Source of the DNA: Cetorhinus maximus
Taxonomy: Eukaryota
Reading direction: 5' to 3'
Assembly (NCBI RefSeq): GCF_964194155.1
Contig: NC_135889.1
Span: 94,736,001 to 94,800,000, forward strand
DNA length: 64,000 nucleotides
Below are positions 50,451 to 63,149 of this stretch, in pieces. Under the pieces are notes generated by a model, which ran no database searches, was not told where the DNA came from, and saw nothing but the letters and a program-made list of their open reading frames with translations. The number at the start of each line of letters is the position of its first letter. The stretch's first letter is position 1. The position numbers were made by a program, and so were the translations under genes.

Positions 50451-50859
50451 TAGTGTTTAAAAGTGACTACTGGTTGCTTGCCCCATGATTGTGGAAGGTA
50501 TTGACCACCATAGAGCCGTATTCAAAAGAAGTCGCATTTGATTCATTGGGCCTGCTGCAGGTAAAATCCATGTTTGATTTCTGCATTCTCACATGCTTCT
50601 CTCCAGAACCAATGTATATGGGGCAAATATTGTAAATGGAGAATTGAAATGAGTATAGTGGTTTATAACGTGTGTTTATGAGAACTAAATGTGGCTCTGA
50701 CCTAATATTGTTTCTGTACTTGTTAATTCCTGCAACTTTAATATGGAGTAATTTATACAATTTAGAAATTAAATTGCATAGAATTTTAACTTGAAGATAT
50801 ATTCTCCCCCTACAAATTGTCCACTTAGAAGTTGGTGATTTAATTGTGTTTCACTGCAG

Positions 50860-50915
50860 GAGAAGCCCTGAAGTTCCCTGTGGCATCTAGATTCAAAACG
50901 GCAGAGAAGCTGGCG
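50860..50915 (+). other. SPOPL: 5'UTR part of the first coding exon of SPOPL
   Basis: Acceptor ttgtgtttcactgcAG ends at 50859; 56 nt precede the ATG at 50916 (context gcgATGt). Confidence 0.75.
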
Positions 50916-50993
50916 ATGTCAAGGGTGCCAACTCCCCCTCCACCTGGAGAGATGTCTAGTGGACCTGTGGCAGAGAGTTGGTGTTACACACAG
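50916..50993 (+). CDS. SPOPL: Speckle-type POZ protein-like, coding exon 1 ([26 protein letters not shown])
   Basis: 78 nt, phase 0, donor cag|GTattg. The peptide matches the SPOP/SPOPL N-terminus. Confidence 0.95.
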
Positions 50994-51871
50994 GTATTGT
51001 ACATCCCAGTGCTTCTGTGCTTAATTATTAAATTGTAGCAGGTTGCCTAGTTTCTCTGGAAGAAATGAACAACAGATTTGAACAATGTAATATGGAGTTT
51101 ACTTTTGGCTTTAAAAATTGGAATTATCTTACTTTATATGCCAGGTGGGCAAGCAGAGAGACAGAATAACATGTAAGCCTAAGACATCGAATTTCCTGCA
51201 TGTATAAATCGGGGATTCCCAGATGCGCGCACAAGCAGATATACATTGGTCTAGAATTTAAGACTTATTGGGGCGATCACTCATTTTTCTCATCAGAGAG
51301 GTTGTTCAGAATTACTAGGGAAACATGGCAATTGCTAAGCAGATGATTCCAATGGCCACGGCTGTGCCAGTGATCGAGAACTTTGTGTGGTTACTGCTGA
51401 GGGACAGGCGAAACCAATGTAGAGCTACTCACTGGCCTCCCATTCAGCCTTTTAGGGCAACACCCTTTGTTACTGACCTCAACAAGTTAATGATTTAACA
51501 TCTCTTAGAAAATAAACCTAATTTGCACCCTTGTATCATTGTCAGGTGAAATTGCTACAGATCATTTTTTGCTTGAATCATTAGGCCTTGAATTCACTAA
51601 GTCATGAGAGTTTTTGACATGCATTGAATTCTCTCTTTTGATACCAGGAGTCTGATAACAAAGTTTTGAGCCATTAGTGGACATATTGAAACCAGACACC
51701 ATGACTGAAGTGATTTCAATATTGGGAGTAATCCTAGGATCTCTGGTCAGGGTAAAAAAAACAGTTAGAACCTTTGTCCCTCAGCCACAAACAAGGCCCA
51801 AGAGGTGTGGAGTAGCCAAGATGGATGTAAAAGGAAGAAACTGTGGTGGTGAAGCATAGACAAACCCGAGA

Positions 51872-52090
51872 GCTGAGACAAAGGCCAGAAACTTGCCTAT
51901 GTCAGGCGGGAGCGGGCGTGGAGCCGATCGGCTGCATGCCACCACTTTACATCAATTGGCCCACCCAGTGTGACACACGGCCAGTAGCGCTCAGCGCTAC
52001 TTGTGCAGGCGGGGGGAGGGGGGGAGAGTCAGGGCCTGCACTCTTTCACGCATGCGTGCAAAAGAGCATAGCGATCTCGCTGAGGCACAG
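51872..52090 (-). mobile_element. Hairpin-rich MITE, partial copy
   Basis: Starts ggccagaaactt; reverse-complementary to the 1610-1810 and 55680-55876 ends. Confidence 0.7.
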
Positions 52091-52284
52091 ATTAACAACC
52101 CTCTGAGAGGAGAAAAAAATTCTCATCTCCACCTTAAATGAAGACCTCTTACTTTTAAACTGTGTTCCCTCGTTCTAGTCTCTCCCGTAAGGGGAAACAT
52201 CCTCTCAGCATCCACCCCATCAAGTTCTCTCAAGATTTTACCTGTTTCAATAAGACTACCTCATTCTCCAAAGGAGTTTAACCT

Positions 52285-53465
52285 GTTAAGAGTTTTTTTA
52301 AGATGTAACTAGTACAGTGGATGAGAGGGAACCAAAAGATGTAGTGTATTTGGATTTTCAAAAATCATTTCTTAAGGCACCACTCCAGAGATTATTACAT
52401 ACAGCTAGAACTCATGGATTTGGGGTAATATATTAACATGAATTGAGAATTGGTTAATGGACAGAAAGCAGAGTAGGAATTTTGAGTTGGCAGGCTATAA
52501 GCAGGATACTGCAAGGACCAGTACTTAGGCCTCAACTATTTAAAATCCATATTAGATGAGGAGAGTGAGTGTAAAGTGACCAAGTTTGCCGATGATACTA
52601 AGTTTGTTGGAGATGTAAGTGGTGAGGAGGACAGAAGGAGGGCTGCTGATCAGATATAAACCTGTTGGGTGGTGGGCAAAAACTGGCAGAAGGAATACAG
52701 TGTGAAGTTATTCACTATGGTAGGGAAGGTATTTTTTTAAAAAGCAGGATACATTTCAATGACACTGGGGAACATTTCCATTCAGAGGGACCAGGGTGTC
52801 TTTGTGAATGAACCTCAAAGGTAACATGCAGGTACAGCAAGCAATTAGGAAGACAAATTACAAAGGGGTTAGAGTAAAGGAGTAAAGAAGTCTTACTACA
52901 ATTATACAGAGCATTGGTGAGGCCACATCTGGAGCAGTGGGCACAGTTTTGGTCTCCTTACCTAAGGAAGGGCATACTTGCTCGAGAGGGAGGCAAGGAA
53001 GGTTCACTAGACTGGCTCTTGGGATGAGGGGATTATCCTATGAGGAGAGATTGAATTGACTAGGCCTACAATCGCTAGAAAAATTAGATGATCTAACTGA
53101 AAAGTATAAAACGAAGGGGCTTAACAAGGTAGATTCTGAGAAAATCTTTCCTAGGGCTGAGAATCTAGAACATGAGATCACAGTCTCAGAATAAGGGGTT
53201 TACCATTAGAACTGAGATGAGAAATTTCTTCATTCAAAGCATTGTGAATCTTTGGAATGCTCTACCCCCTAGGACTATGGATGCTCAGTTATTGAGTATC
53301 TTCAAGGCAGAGATCAATAGTTTTTTGGTACTAAGGAATTAAGAGATGTGGGGACAATGTTGAAAGGTGGAGTTGAGGTAGAAGATCACCCATAATTCTA
53401 TTGAATGGCAGAACAGGCTTCAAAAGGCCAAATAGCCTACTCCTCCTATTTCTTATATTTTTATG
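52285..53465 (+). mobile_element. Old CR1 RT plus 3'UTR, preceded by a short minus-strand CR1 piece at ~52095-52270
   Basis: VVYLDFQK, KFADDTK, RPHLE remnants; tail gcctactcctcctatttctta. Confidence 0.85.
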
Positions 53466-54290
53466 CAGTTTGTTCGGCTCAACCGCTCATTGTATATTAG
53501 TCGTGTCCTCCTTCTGGTGACATTGAGCAGTCCAGAATGAAAATACACTTGCTAGTTCAGCAAGTTTTATGAAGTGTGCTACAAATATTATACCTCTGTG
53601 TTATACCTTATCATTAAGGTGTTTACCATTACCTTGTCAACCAGTGATTTATTGTTTAAGTAAATGTTGTGTTGCAGCAATGAGAGAATTACTGTAACAT
53701 TTAGGATACTGTAAACTTAGAACTGCACTGCATATTCCAGACTACTTGTGACCAATATCATGGGATACCTGCTTCTGTTCTGTAATTAATTTTTCTGTGT
53801 TCACAACTTGCAGTGTTAAATTCATTAGTCTTGTGCATGTTGTACAAAAACAGATCAATGTTTTGGTTAACATTTTTGTAGGATTTTCTTTTGCATTCAT
53901 CCAAGAAACCTGCTGTGCTCGGTTTTCATTCAGTCTCTTGTGTTACTTTATATTGTTTACCTCCAAGGTATGAGAATTTTTTGACAAATAGATGTTTACG
54001 CTTTCTAAAAGTCATCATCTAAATCTCTCTAAAGATAAATTGCGTTTGTAGTAATTGTAACCTGCAGTGACACTTGTGGGCTAGTTATGCAGGTTGAATT
54101 TTATTCAAAAATATGTTTTTTCTGGTGGTAACAGGCACATAGATCCCAAACTGGCAATTTTTTTCATAGGCTGTCCTGATTCCAACCCTTCTTTAGCAAG
54201 TTGTCATGTTTTCTGACCAACCAGTTGTCCTAATCATTTTATTATTGCTAAAATCCATTTATTTCCCTTTTTATTTTTCTTAAACTTTAA

Positions 54291-54346
54291 AGTTCAAGTG
54301 ACCCTCTCAAGGTGATTGAGTTCAAGTGACCCTCTCAAGGTGATTG
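54291..54346. repeat. 28-bp perfect tandem duplication
   Basis: agttcaagtgaccctctcaaggtgattg x2. Confidence 0.95.
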
Positions 54347-54797
54347 AATTGCAGATAACCTGAGAAGTTTCAACCTCCATATTTCATTGTGGCATTTTGG
54401 GAGGAGTGTTAGTTTTCCTTCACGCTGTGTGAATTAGCATTTATTTGAAGCAAACTACCAATTAATATTTTGCAAGCATTTGTTCCCAGGTTTTGCTGAG
54501 TTTCTTGTAGGCTTATGATGTCCTGCAAGCTTTTTGTCAGTGCTGGGAAATTCTAGATGGGGCTCTGCTTGACACCACAGGATGCTCTCTACATTTATTA
54601 GAGAAAGCTTTTTTGTGAAAATTAAATAGTAATCAGGGACAGTGGAATTGTGCCCTTTTTTCACTTTTGTTTGAGATATCACTGTTCACTTTCTGGGCAA
54701 TCTCCTTTTAACGATCCAGTTTCGATCTATATGTTCTTGATTGAGTCCTTTTATTTCTTCTTCTTTTCATCCAATTCCTTTTCTGGTTAATATTTAG

Positions 54798-54920
<123 letters not shown>

Positions 54921-55265
54921 TAAGTTTTAGTTCAACAAAATGGTCATAGCATAACACCTCTGTTATTTTGCCAATCTTAAGCAAAAAGGTTATTAGGAAT
55001 GAGTATGGGAAATGATTTAATGGAGCCGACTGTGTTTACATCTAACAGTGTAAATTTGTGAGCCTGTAATTACTTAAGGATCCCCATTAATAATGGTTTT
55101 GAAAGCTCAATTAATTTACAATGGTAGGCAACAAAAAAAGAGATTTGTTTTAAAAAAAATCAAACTATTCTTTTCCTTAGAATTCTGTCCCTCCTGTTGA
55201 TATGTATGAGTACACATTGTATATAATTGTATATATTCCAACTTAATGCACAGTTTGGAGACAAA

Positions 55266-55876
55266 GGCCAGAATTTTTTGCCTGACCCAAACGAGTGTAA
55301 AATGATGCACAATGATGTTGGACTTCATTGCGCACTTGCGCAACATTTCGGTCGGCAGACGTGCACAGGAGTCGGCAGCGTGCCTGCCGACAATTAACAG
55401 GCCTATTAAGGCCATTAAAGTACCAATTGGATTAAATTTTTTGCAGCCCGTCCAACCTTACGGCTGGCGAGCAGGCAAAAAGTCCAAGCAGCCTTTGGAT
55501 TTTTTAGCAAACCTCATCCACGGACAGGATGAGGTTTCCAACAGCAATTAAAAATTAAATAAAAGTATTAGCATTCATCAATAATATGTCCCTGCTCATG
55601 TGACAGAGTCACATGAGGGGATATGTTTTTTAACATTTTAAAATGCTTTATTTTTAATTTTTTAAATCTTCATCTCCCTGAGGTACTCTGTGCCTCAGGG
55701 AGCTTTTCCTGTGCATGCGCGAATTTGCATGCTCACACATAGGCAGTGCATGTTTCATGCTGCGCGGGGCTTAATTGGCTCACCAGTGTGAAATCATGGT
55801 CGCAGCCCGATCGTGGGCGGCGGTTAGCTTCCTGCCACCCCAGCCAAGCTCGCCCAATGAGGGCAAAATTCTGCCC
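55266..55876 (+). mobile_element. Hairpin-rich MITE, full copy (~610 bp), possibly PIF/Harbinger
   Basis: TIRs ggccagaatttt / aaaattctgccc; internal stems at 55509-55537, 55595-55617 and ~55674-55702. Confidence 0.85.
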
Positions 55877-58059
55877 GAACTGTGGGGTTGGAATCATTTT
55901 ATTGTGGAGTCACTGTGATGTATTACATCTCAATCTTCGGACCTGCTCCTGGGCTGGTCCCACTCTCATGTCTATTTGGACTCAACAGTACTATGCACCC
56001 AAGCTGCAATTCTCCCTACCCAGCCTCCCGGTCTTTCTCTATGTATTGGTTTGTCAATACATGGAATGGTTAGCATGGAACAAAATCAAATGACTTTTTG
56101 TGATTCCTGGGTGAGTAATGTGCATTGTATATTTGGGTCATAGGTTTTGCGTCAGATCTTTTGCCCAGAAGCCTGTATGGGGAAGGTTACCTTGTAGGTG
56201 TATATATAACAGCCAAATCAGCCAGTTGTTTAAAGGTGCAAGGTTCAAACCCATTTAAATGACAGGAAAGGATCTTTGTGATGCTACATTAAATGTGATG
56301 TTTTAGTGAAGCAATTTTTAAAAAATAGTAAAAGTGAATCTAAGTTGTTTGTGATAAATTAATGTTCAAATAGCTTTTCGAAAAGCTTAATAACTTAAAA
56401 AGAATTTTTAGCATACATTTGTTCATCAGCAAATATCCAAACTCCACATAGTCAGGAATTCATCATTTTATGGATTAAAAATAATACCTGTGATTTCAGT
56501 GATTTATTTTTTGTTGCCCACTGTAGCCTTTTCTGTCTATCAAATTGGGATAAAATTGTTTTTCCCTGCTTGTTAGCTAGTAATTTGTTTGATCAAGTAT
56601 ATGTTGTCGAGTCTCTAATCTTGCAGTAATAATTTCTGCATGTAACATCATTTAGGTTCTGATATTAAGTTTTTGATGAAAATTTGATCCAGTAAGCATT
56701 TGTTGATGCCTGGGTGAGGGAAATAATGGAGGATTTTTTGCCCCCCCCCCCACAACCCACTTCCCTCTATCTTTGGCAAAATTGCTTCAATACCTAGAGT
56801 ATATTTTCTTGGGATAGTCAGTTTGAACAAATTTTGGACCAATTCGTTGAAAAGTTAGCAATTGCCCGGACTACAGCAAAAATTCGATATAAGTCAACAG
56901 TTAAAAAAACTAGCCAGAAAATACAACTGGAATGTTGGCATGCTGCAGTCATCCTCAAAAATATGTACTTTCATGCAGGAATTGGAAAGTTTCACAGTAA
57001 ATGCATGAGACTCCCTATAGGAGCAAACATTTTGTTTTGTAACATTTCTATATATGTATAAATATAGTTGTATATATCATTGTTATTGTTTTTGTGCTGG
57101 TAACTTTCCTGTCATCACTGATCTGGCGGATGATAGTAGCAATATTGATAATGTACTGTATGTTGTAATCTTTGCGCAGTGCCAAGAATTTGGATGCAGT
57201 CATGATAGTCCAAAGCTGAATTTAAAGGGCATTCTCTGTTCAGCTATTCTTTGATCCAAACATTCAATTTTGGGAGAGATTTTATACAAAATGAATGTGA
57301 TTTTTTAATCAAGCAATTATATTTTAAAAATCCAAGATTCTTGGCTTTTGCACCTTAGGCTATTGAGTGCATTTAATGCTTCAGACTCCATCATTATCAC
57401 TAGTGATATTGACAGCTACTTTTCTGACAAATATAGAATTTTCATTCTGTTTTATGTACACTACAGCCTCCCAAAAAGTACAGTTCTTTATTTGATTGTC
57501 TTTAAACCATGTCAACTTCATCTATTAAATTTGTCAGATATCAGTTTAGTCATTTTAACTTTTGGAAGTGATGGTTTTTGGATTTGACTTCATGTTAGGG
57601 AGGGCATTCTAGCATTTAAAATAAGTGCCAGAGGCATCCAACCAATAATTCTTGCTGAGAAAATGAATTTCTTTCTAAATTATGGTTTAAGATTGGAATT
57701 ATTATAGGGCAGGAAACAATGGTGCTTTATGTTCAATGTAATCAAGGTCGAAATGGAACAGCATCCTCAAAGAAAATGTTTGAACTTTACCTTCTGAATT
57801 GACAACTTTATGGTACCTTACATGTTCTCCAGTAAGTAGTTTACCATACCATTATTGGGGTTATCTGTGAGACCTGGGTTGCGCCAACTCAGTGATGCAG
57901 AGACAATAGGTCACAGGGTTCAGTTTCCAAAAAATATCTGTCATCTTACAGAAACTGGTCACAAAAGAAAACTTGTTGGGCAAAGCCCAAACCTTTCCCT
58001 CTTCCCCTACGTATTTTTAAAATGATGAGAATATGGGCTACAACGGTAAGAGCTAATTT

Positions 58060-59600
58060 ATTTCCCATCTTTAATTGCTCTGTGAAGGTGGTGTTGGCGA
58101 TCTCGAAGTGCTGCAGTCCTGTGCTGATGCTTTCACAATGGGAGTAGGTAGTAAATTCCAAAATATATAGTGACATGGCAAACCATGCCCAGATCAGGGT
58201 GGTGTGTGAATTGGAGATGATGCTTCCATTACATTGCCCCATTTGTCCTCCTCATTGGTAGAGGTTGTTATGGCTGGTCTAATTCAGTTTCTGGTCAATG
58301 GTGACCAGAATCCCACACCTTCTCCGTCCCCCTCCCAGATCTTGAAAGTGAAGGATATGATAATGGTCATGCCATCGAAGGTCAAAACATTGGTGACTTG
58401 GATGTTATTTGTTAAGTTATGCAATTTGTATTTATATAGCACCTTTTTAAATTTGTAAAACATTCCAAGGTTCTTCACAAGAACATTATCAAAACAAAAT
58501 TTGACACGGAACCTCCTAAGGAGATATTAAGGCAGGTGACAAAAAACTTGGTCAGAGATGGGTTTATGCAGTGTCTTTAAGGAGGAAATGGTTAGCGAGT
58601 CAGAGAGGTTTAGGGAAGGGATTTCAGACCTTTTAGGACCTTGACAGCTGAAGGTATGATTAAAATCCAAAATGTGCAAGAGGCCAGAATTGGAGGACTG
58701 CATATATCTTGGAGGGTTGCAAGGCTGGAAGGGATTACAGAGATGGGGAGGAGTGAAGCTATGGAGAAATTTGAAACCTAAGGTGAGGGTGTTAAAACTG
58801 AGTTGTTGCTTAACCAGTGGTTTGATTGTCAGTTGCCATTTGTCAGCCCAGGCCTAGATGTTATCCATACCCTGCTATCATCTGGCAAGGTTTGCATTAG
58901 TATTAGAGGAGTTGTGAATGGAGATAAATACAGTGAACAACCCCAATCCCTGATCTTTATAATGGATGAAGTAGCTGAAGATGGTTAGGCAAAAGACACT
59001 TCTGATTAATTCCTCCAGTGATGTTCTGGGACTATGATGACTGGCCTCCCTTGTGTGTTTACCTTTATGTCATGTATGCCTCAAGTCACTGAAGCGATTT
59101 TCCTTAAACTTCCTTTGACCTTGGCTTTGCTAGGGATCCTTGGTGCCACTTTTAAGTTGAATACCTTGCTGTCGAAGGGTAGCTATTCTCAACTCTCCTC
59201 CTGGCATTCAGCTCTTGTGTCCTTTTCTTTATCAAGGTGGAATGAGTTCTGGAGGGAAATGATTCTGGTGAAAGGAGGACTGAGCATATGAGCACTGGTT
59301 ATTGGTGAATTGGAATCACATGGATGATTGGAAAGAAGCTGATAAAGGCGCTGATTGTTAGGTTAGAGTTATTCTGCTCATGTGGATTGAACATACCTGG
59401 CAATTTTTCGTATTGTTCGGTAGATACAATGGTTATTGTTGTACTGGGACAGCTTGACAAGGGGAGAGGCTGGCTCTGTTGTCCAGATCTTCAACACTAC
59501 TACCAGAGTTTTGTCAGGTCTCATAACTTGGCTGTCTGCAGTACACTCAACCACGTCTTAATGTCACGTCAAGCAATCCAAAGAGGCTGGACTGTGTAGT
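58060..59600 (-). mobile_element. Very decayed CR1 family B copy, interrupted by an L2 3' end (~58420-58815)
   Basis: cagtttctggtcaatggtgacc and gttgccatttgtcagccca match family B; the L2 tail ttgtatttatatagcacc is at ~58425. Confidence 0.65.
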
Positions 59601-60151
59601 GGTGTCTTCTACTAATATTACTGGGGATAGAAATTAGTCTGCCATTTGAGGAGGAACTAGGTGGTGAGTAGATTTCCTTCACTTTAAGCTATGAGACCTC
59701 ATTTGTTCCAGAGTCGATGTCAAGGATCACTCTATTAGCCTAGTATCATAACCACTAGGCTACAGTACTCTTTTAATATCAGCTTGGACCATGGAAAATG
59801 AGTATGAAACCCACCTGACACACAAACTGATTCAGGCTTTGAGTGATATGACTCACCTAATTTTTCTTCAAAGTCTCTGTTATATAGAGGCTTCAAAAGT
59901 GTAGATCCAAAAAAAGACACATTTCACTGTGCATTTGCTGAAAACCATGTCGATCTGGCTCTGGAAACAAATAACCTGATAGCTTAGCTCCTCACAGTTG
60001 CACTAGTATGGCTGACACACATCCCTCACTGTATTCTAGGGTACCTCAGTGCTGCCTTTCTGATCAGCAAATACTTGGTGCAGCCCAGATCAAAGCCTTG
60101 TTTATGGCATTGTGGAAAAAATAATCAGTCAATTAAGATAGTTTTGTGCAA

Positions 60152-62170
60152 GACACAAGAAATAGGAGCAGGAGGAGACCATGTGGTCTGTCGAATCTGC
60201 TCTGCCATTTCAATGCAATCATGGCTGATCTTGGGCTTCAACTTTATTTTCCCACCTGCTCCCCTTATCCCTTGATTCCCTGAGAGATCCAAAATCTCTG
60301 TAACCCAGCTTTAAATGTACTCAACGATGGAGCATCCACAACCCTCTGGGGTGGAGAATTCCAAAGAATCACAACCCTTTGAGTGAAGCAATTTCTCCTC
60401 ATCTCAATCCTAAACCATCAGCCCTTTATCCTGAGACTGTGACCCTGTGCTTTAGGTTCCCTGGCCAATGGAAACGATCTCTCAGCCCCTTCAGAATTTT
60501 GTAGATTTCGATGAGATCACCTCTCGTTCTTCTGAACTCCAGAGAATATAAGCCCAATTGACTCAGTTTCTCCTCAAATGACAACCTGGGGACCAATTTA
60601 GTGAACCTTCGCTGCACCATCTTAATGCAAGTATATTCTTTCTTAAATGTGGAGACCAAAACTGCACTCTATTCCTGATGTGATCTCAACAAAATCCTGT
60701 ACAATTGTAGCAAAACGCCTTTATTCTTGTACCCGAGTCCCCTTGCAATAAATGCCAACATGCCAATTGCCTCCCTAATTGCTTACTGTAACTGCATGCT
60801 AACTTTTTGCATTTCCTGCACACCCAAGTCTCTTTAAACAGCAAGTAAGTACAACTTGTAAGTACAAGTGTCACACCTTTTTAAAAAAAAAATTCTTACT
60901 TTTCTATTTTTTATTTTTTAGAAACTTTTCTATTCTTACAACCAAAGTGAATAACTCCATTCTCCCTACATTATACTCTATCTGCCATCTTGTTGCCAAC
61001 TCACTTAACCTGTCTATATCTCTTTGCAGCCTCTCTGTGTCCTCCCACAGCTTGCCTTCCCACCTAACTTGGTTTCATAAGCAAACTTTGATACATTGCC
61101 CTTAGTCTCTTCATCTAAGTCATTAATATAGATTGTAAATTACTGAGGCCCCAGCACTGAACCTTACGGCACCCCACTATTCTCTGCCTGCCAACTTGAA
61201 AAAGTCCAATTTATGTCCACTTTCTTTCTATCCATTAACCAATCCTCTATCCATGCTAAAATATTACCACCAACTCCGTGAGCCCTTATCTTGCCTATTA
61301 ACTGTTTGTTTGTGTGGCACCTTATTGAATGCCTTTTGGAAATTCAGGTATACTACACCGACTGGCTCCCCTTTATCTACCCTACTCGTTACATCCTCGA
61401 AAAACTCTAATAAATTTGTTAAACAATATTTCCCTTCAGTAAAATCATGTTGACTCGTTCTAATCATACTATACTTTTTTTAAGAGCATTGTTAAGACTT
61501 CCTTAATAGTAGATTCAGGAATTTTTCCAGCAACTAATGTTAGGCTAATTGGCCTGTAGCTCACACTGTTTCTTCTCTTCCCTCCTTTCTTGGAAAGCAA
61601 TGTAACATTTGCCAACTTGCAATTTAATGGATTGTTCCTGAATCTAAAGAATTTTGTAAAATTGTACATCCACTATTTCTGCAGTTGTTTGTTTTAGAAC
61701 CCTAGGGTGTATGCCATCAGGTCCTGAGGATTTGTCGGATTTTAGTCCCTTAGGTTTCTCCAATACTTTTTCTCTGCTGATATTAATTTCCTTAATTTCC
61801 TCACTCCTTTTAGCCCCTTCGTTACTGCCTATTTCTGGATGGAACTTGTGTTTTCTCCTGTGAAGACAGACGCACAATATTTGCTCAATGCTTCTGCCAT
61901 TTCCTCATTTAACCAGCATAATTTCTCCTGTCTCTGCTTCTAAGTGACCAATGTTTACTTTAGCTACTTTCTTCCCTTTTATATGCTTATAATAGCTCTT
62001 ATAATCTGTTTTTATATTTCTGCCTAGTTTATTCTCAAATTCCATTTTGTCCCTTTTTATCAACTTTTTGGTGGCCCACTGCTGGTTTCTAAAACAGTCC
62101 CAATCCTCAGACTTGCTCTTGTTTCTTTGGCAGCATTGTAAGCCTCTTTTATAGTAATGCTATCCTTAAC
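60152..62170 (-). mobile_element. CR1 LINE ORF2 3' half plus tail
   Basis: KSSGPDGIHPRVLK, YRPISLT, CLTNLLEFFE, YLNFQKAFNKVPH; tail acaagaaataggagcagga. Confidence 0.92.
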
Positions 62171-62411
62171 TTTGAGTGCTGATATCTTAAAGGGACAGTT
62201 TGTTGTTTTCTCCTTCGATGATAATTTCTCGATGTATATCATGTAGATGTTGAAGCTTATTCGGAAAACCTACAAATTGCCATATAGAGTATGTAATATA
62301 ATGTTAATGGGTATTAGTAAGTCTGTTCTTAACAAATAAAATGCAGTATTTTTGAGGTGGAAGAAAGCTCCTTTTTAACTGATGCATTTTTTAAATATAT
62401 ATATGTTACAG

Positions 62412-62563
62412 GTGCCTCAGAGTAAACCCAAAGGGTTTAGATGAAGAAAGCAAAGACTACCTTTCCTTATACTTGCTTTTAGTTAGTTGTCCCAAAAGTG
62501 AAGTTCGAGCGAAGTTTAAATTCTCGTTATTGAATGCAAAAAGGGAAGAAACAAAAGCTATGG
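62412..62563 (+). CDS. SPOPL: SPOPL coding exon 3, MATH domain ([50 protein letters not shown])
   Basis: gttacAG|gtgcctc...atgg|GTaagc; 152 nt, completes the split TG|G Trp codon. [10 protein letters not shown] is SPOPL-type (SPOP has FSILNAKGEE). The gene continues beyond the window. Confidence 0.96.
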
Positions 62564-62786
62564 GTAAGCTCTACGTATATATTGAACATTCTTTACATGA
62601 TAAAATATTTCTGTTGACCGTACTTGCCCAATAAAGTTTGAAAGTATGTTTCCCTGCATTATTTATGTTTAGTAATTTATTGACATTATTTTAGTTGGTG
62701 TGACAGTGCTGCTGGGAATTTTATGTGAATGTTTCAGCGTAAATCATCGGGGCATTGACAGTTATCCTGTTAGGTAGTGTCATCCT

Positions 62787-63145
62787 TGCTTCAGTGGTAT
62801 CACACTTTGCTCCGAGACAGAAGATCATGAGTTTAAGTCCCACTACGGAGACTTGAGCAGTTGATATTCCAGTACTAAAGGAGCAGTGTCATTCTTCAGT
62901 ACGACATTGAACTATAGTTCCATCTGCCCTCTACAGTGGATGTGAAAGATCCTATGGCACTATTCTGAAGAAAAGGGAGTCCTGATCAATCCTTAATCAA
63001 CATCTCAACAGTCCAAATTATTATTTATCTCATTATTGTGTGTGGGACCTTGTTGCCTGCTATCTTTTCCTACTTTATTATGGTGCTTATGCATCAAGAG
63101 TAATTCATTGACTGGAAAGCACTTTGAGACATTGAGGTCATGAAG
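62787..63145 (+). mobile_element. tRNA-derived DeuSINE (SacSINE1-like), decayed
   Basis: Head cagtggta...gtttaagtccc; core catctgccctct..gtggatgtgaaagatcctatggcactatt; tail aagcactttgagac. Confidence 0.75.
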
Positions 63146-63149
63146 TTTA

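Noticed and set aside
50844-51038. 64-aa ORF as a stand-alone gene
   Set aside because: It is the SPOPL exon read through its flanking intron sequence.
56074-56110. Cryptic SPOPL cassette exon ending in a strong gg|GTGAGT donor
   Set aside because: The candidate acceptor lacks an adjacent pyrimidine tract and nothing else supports it.
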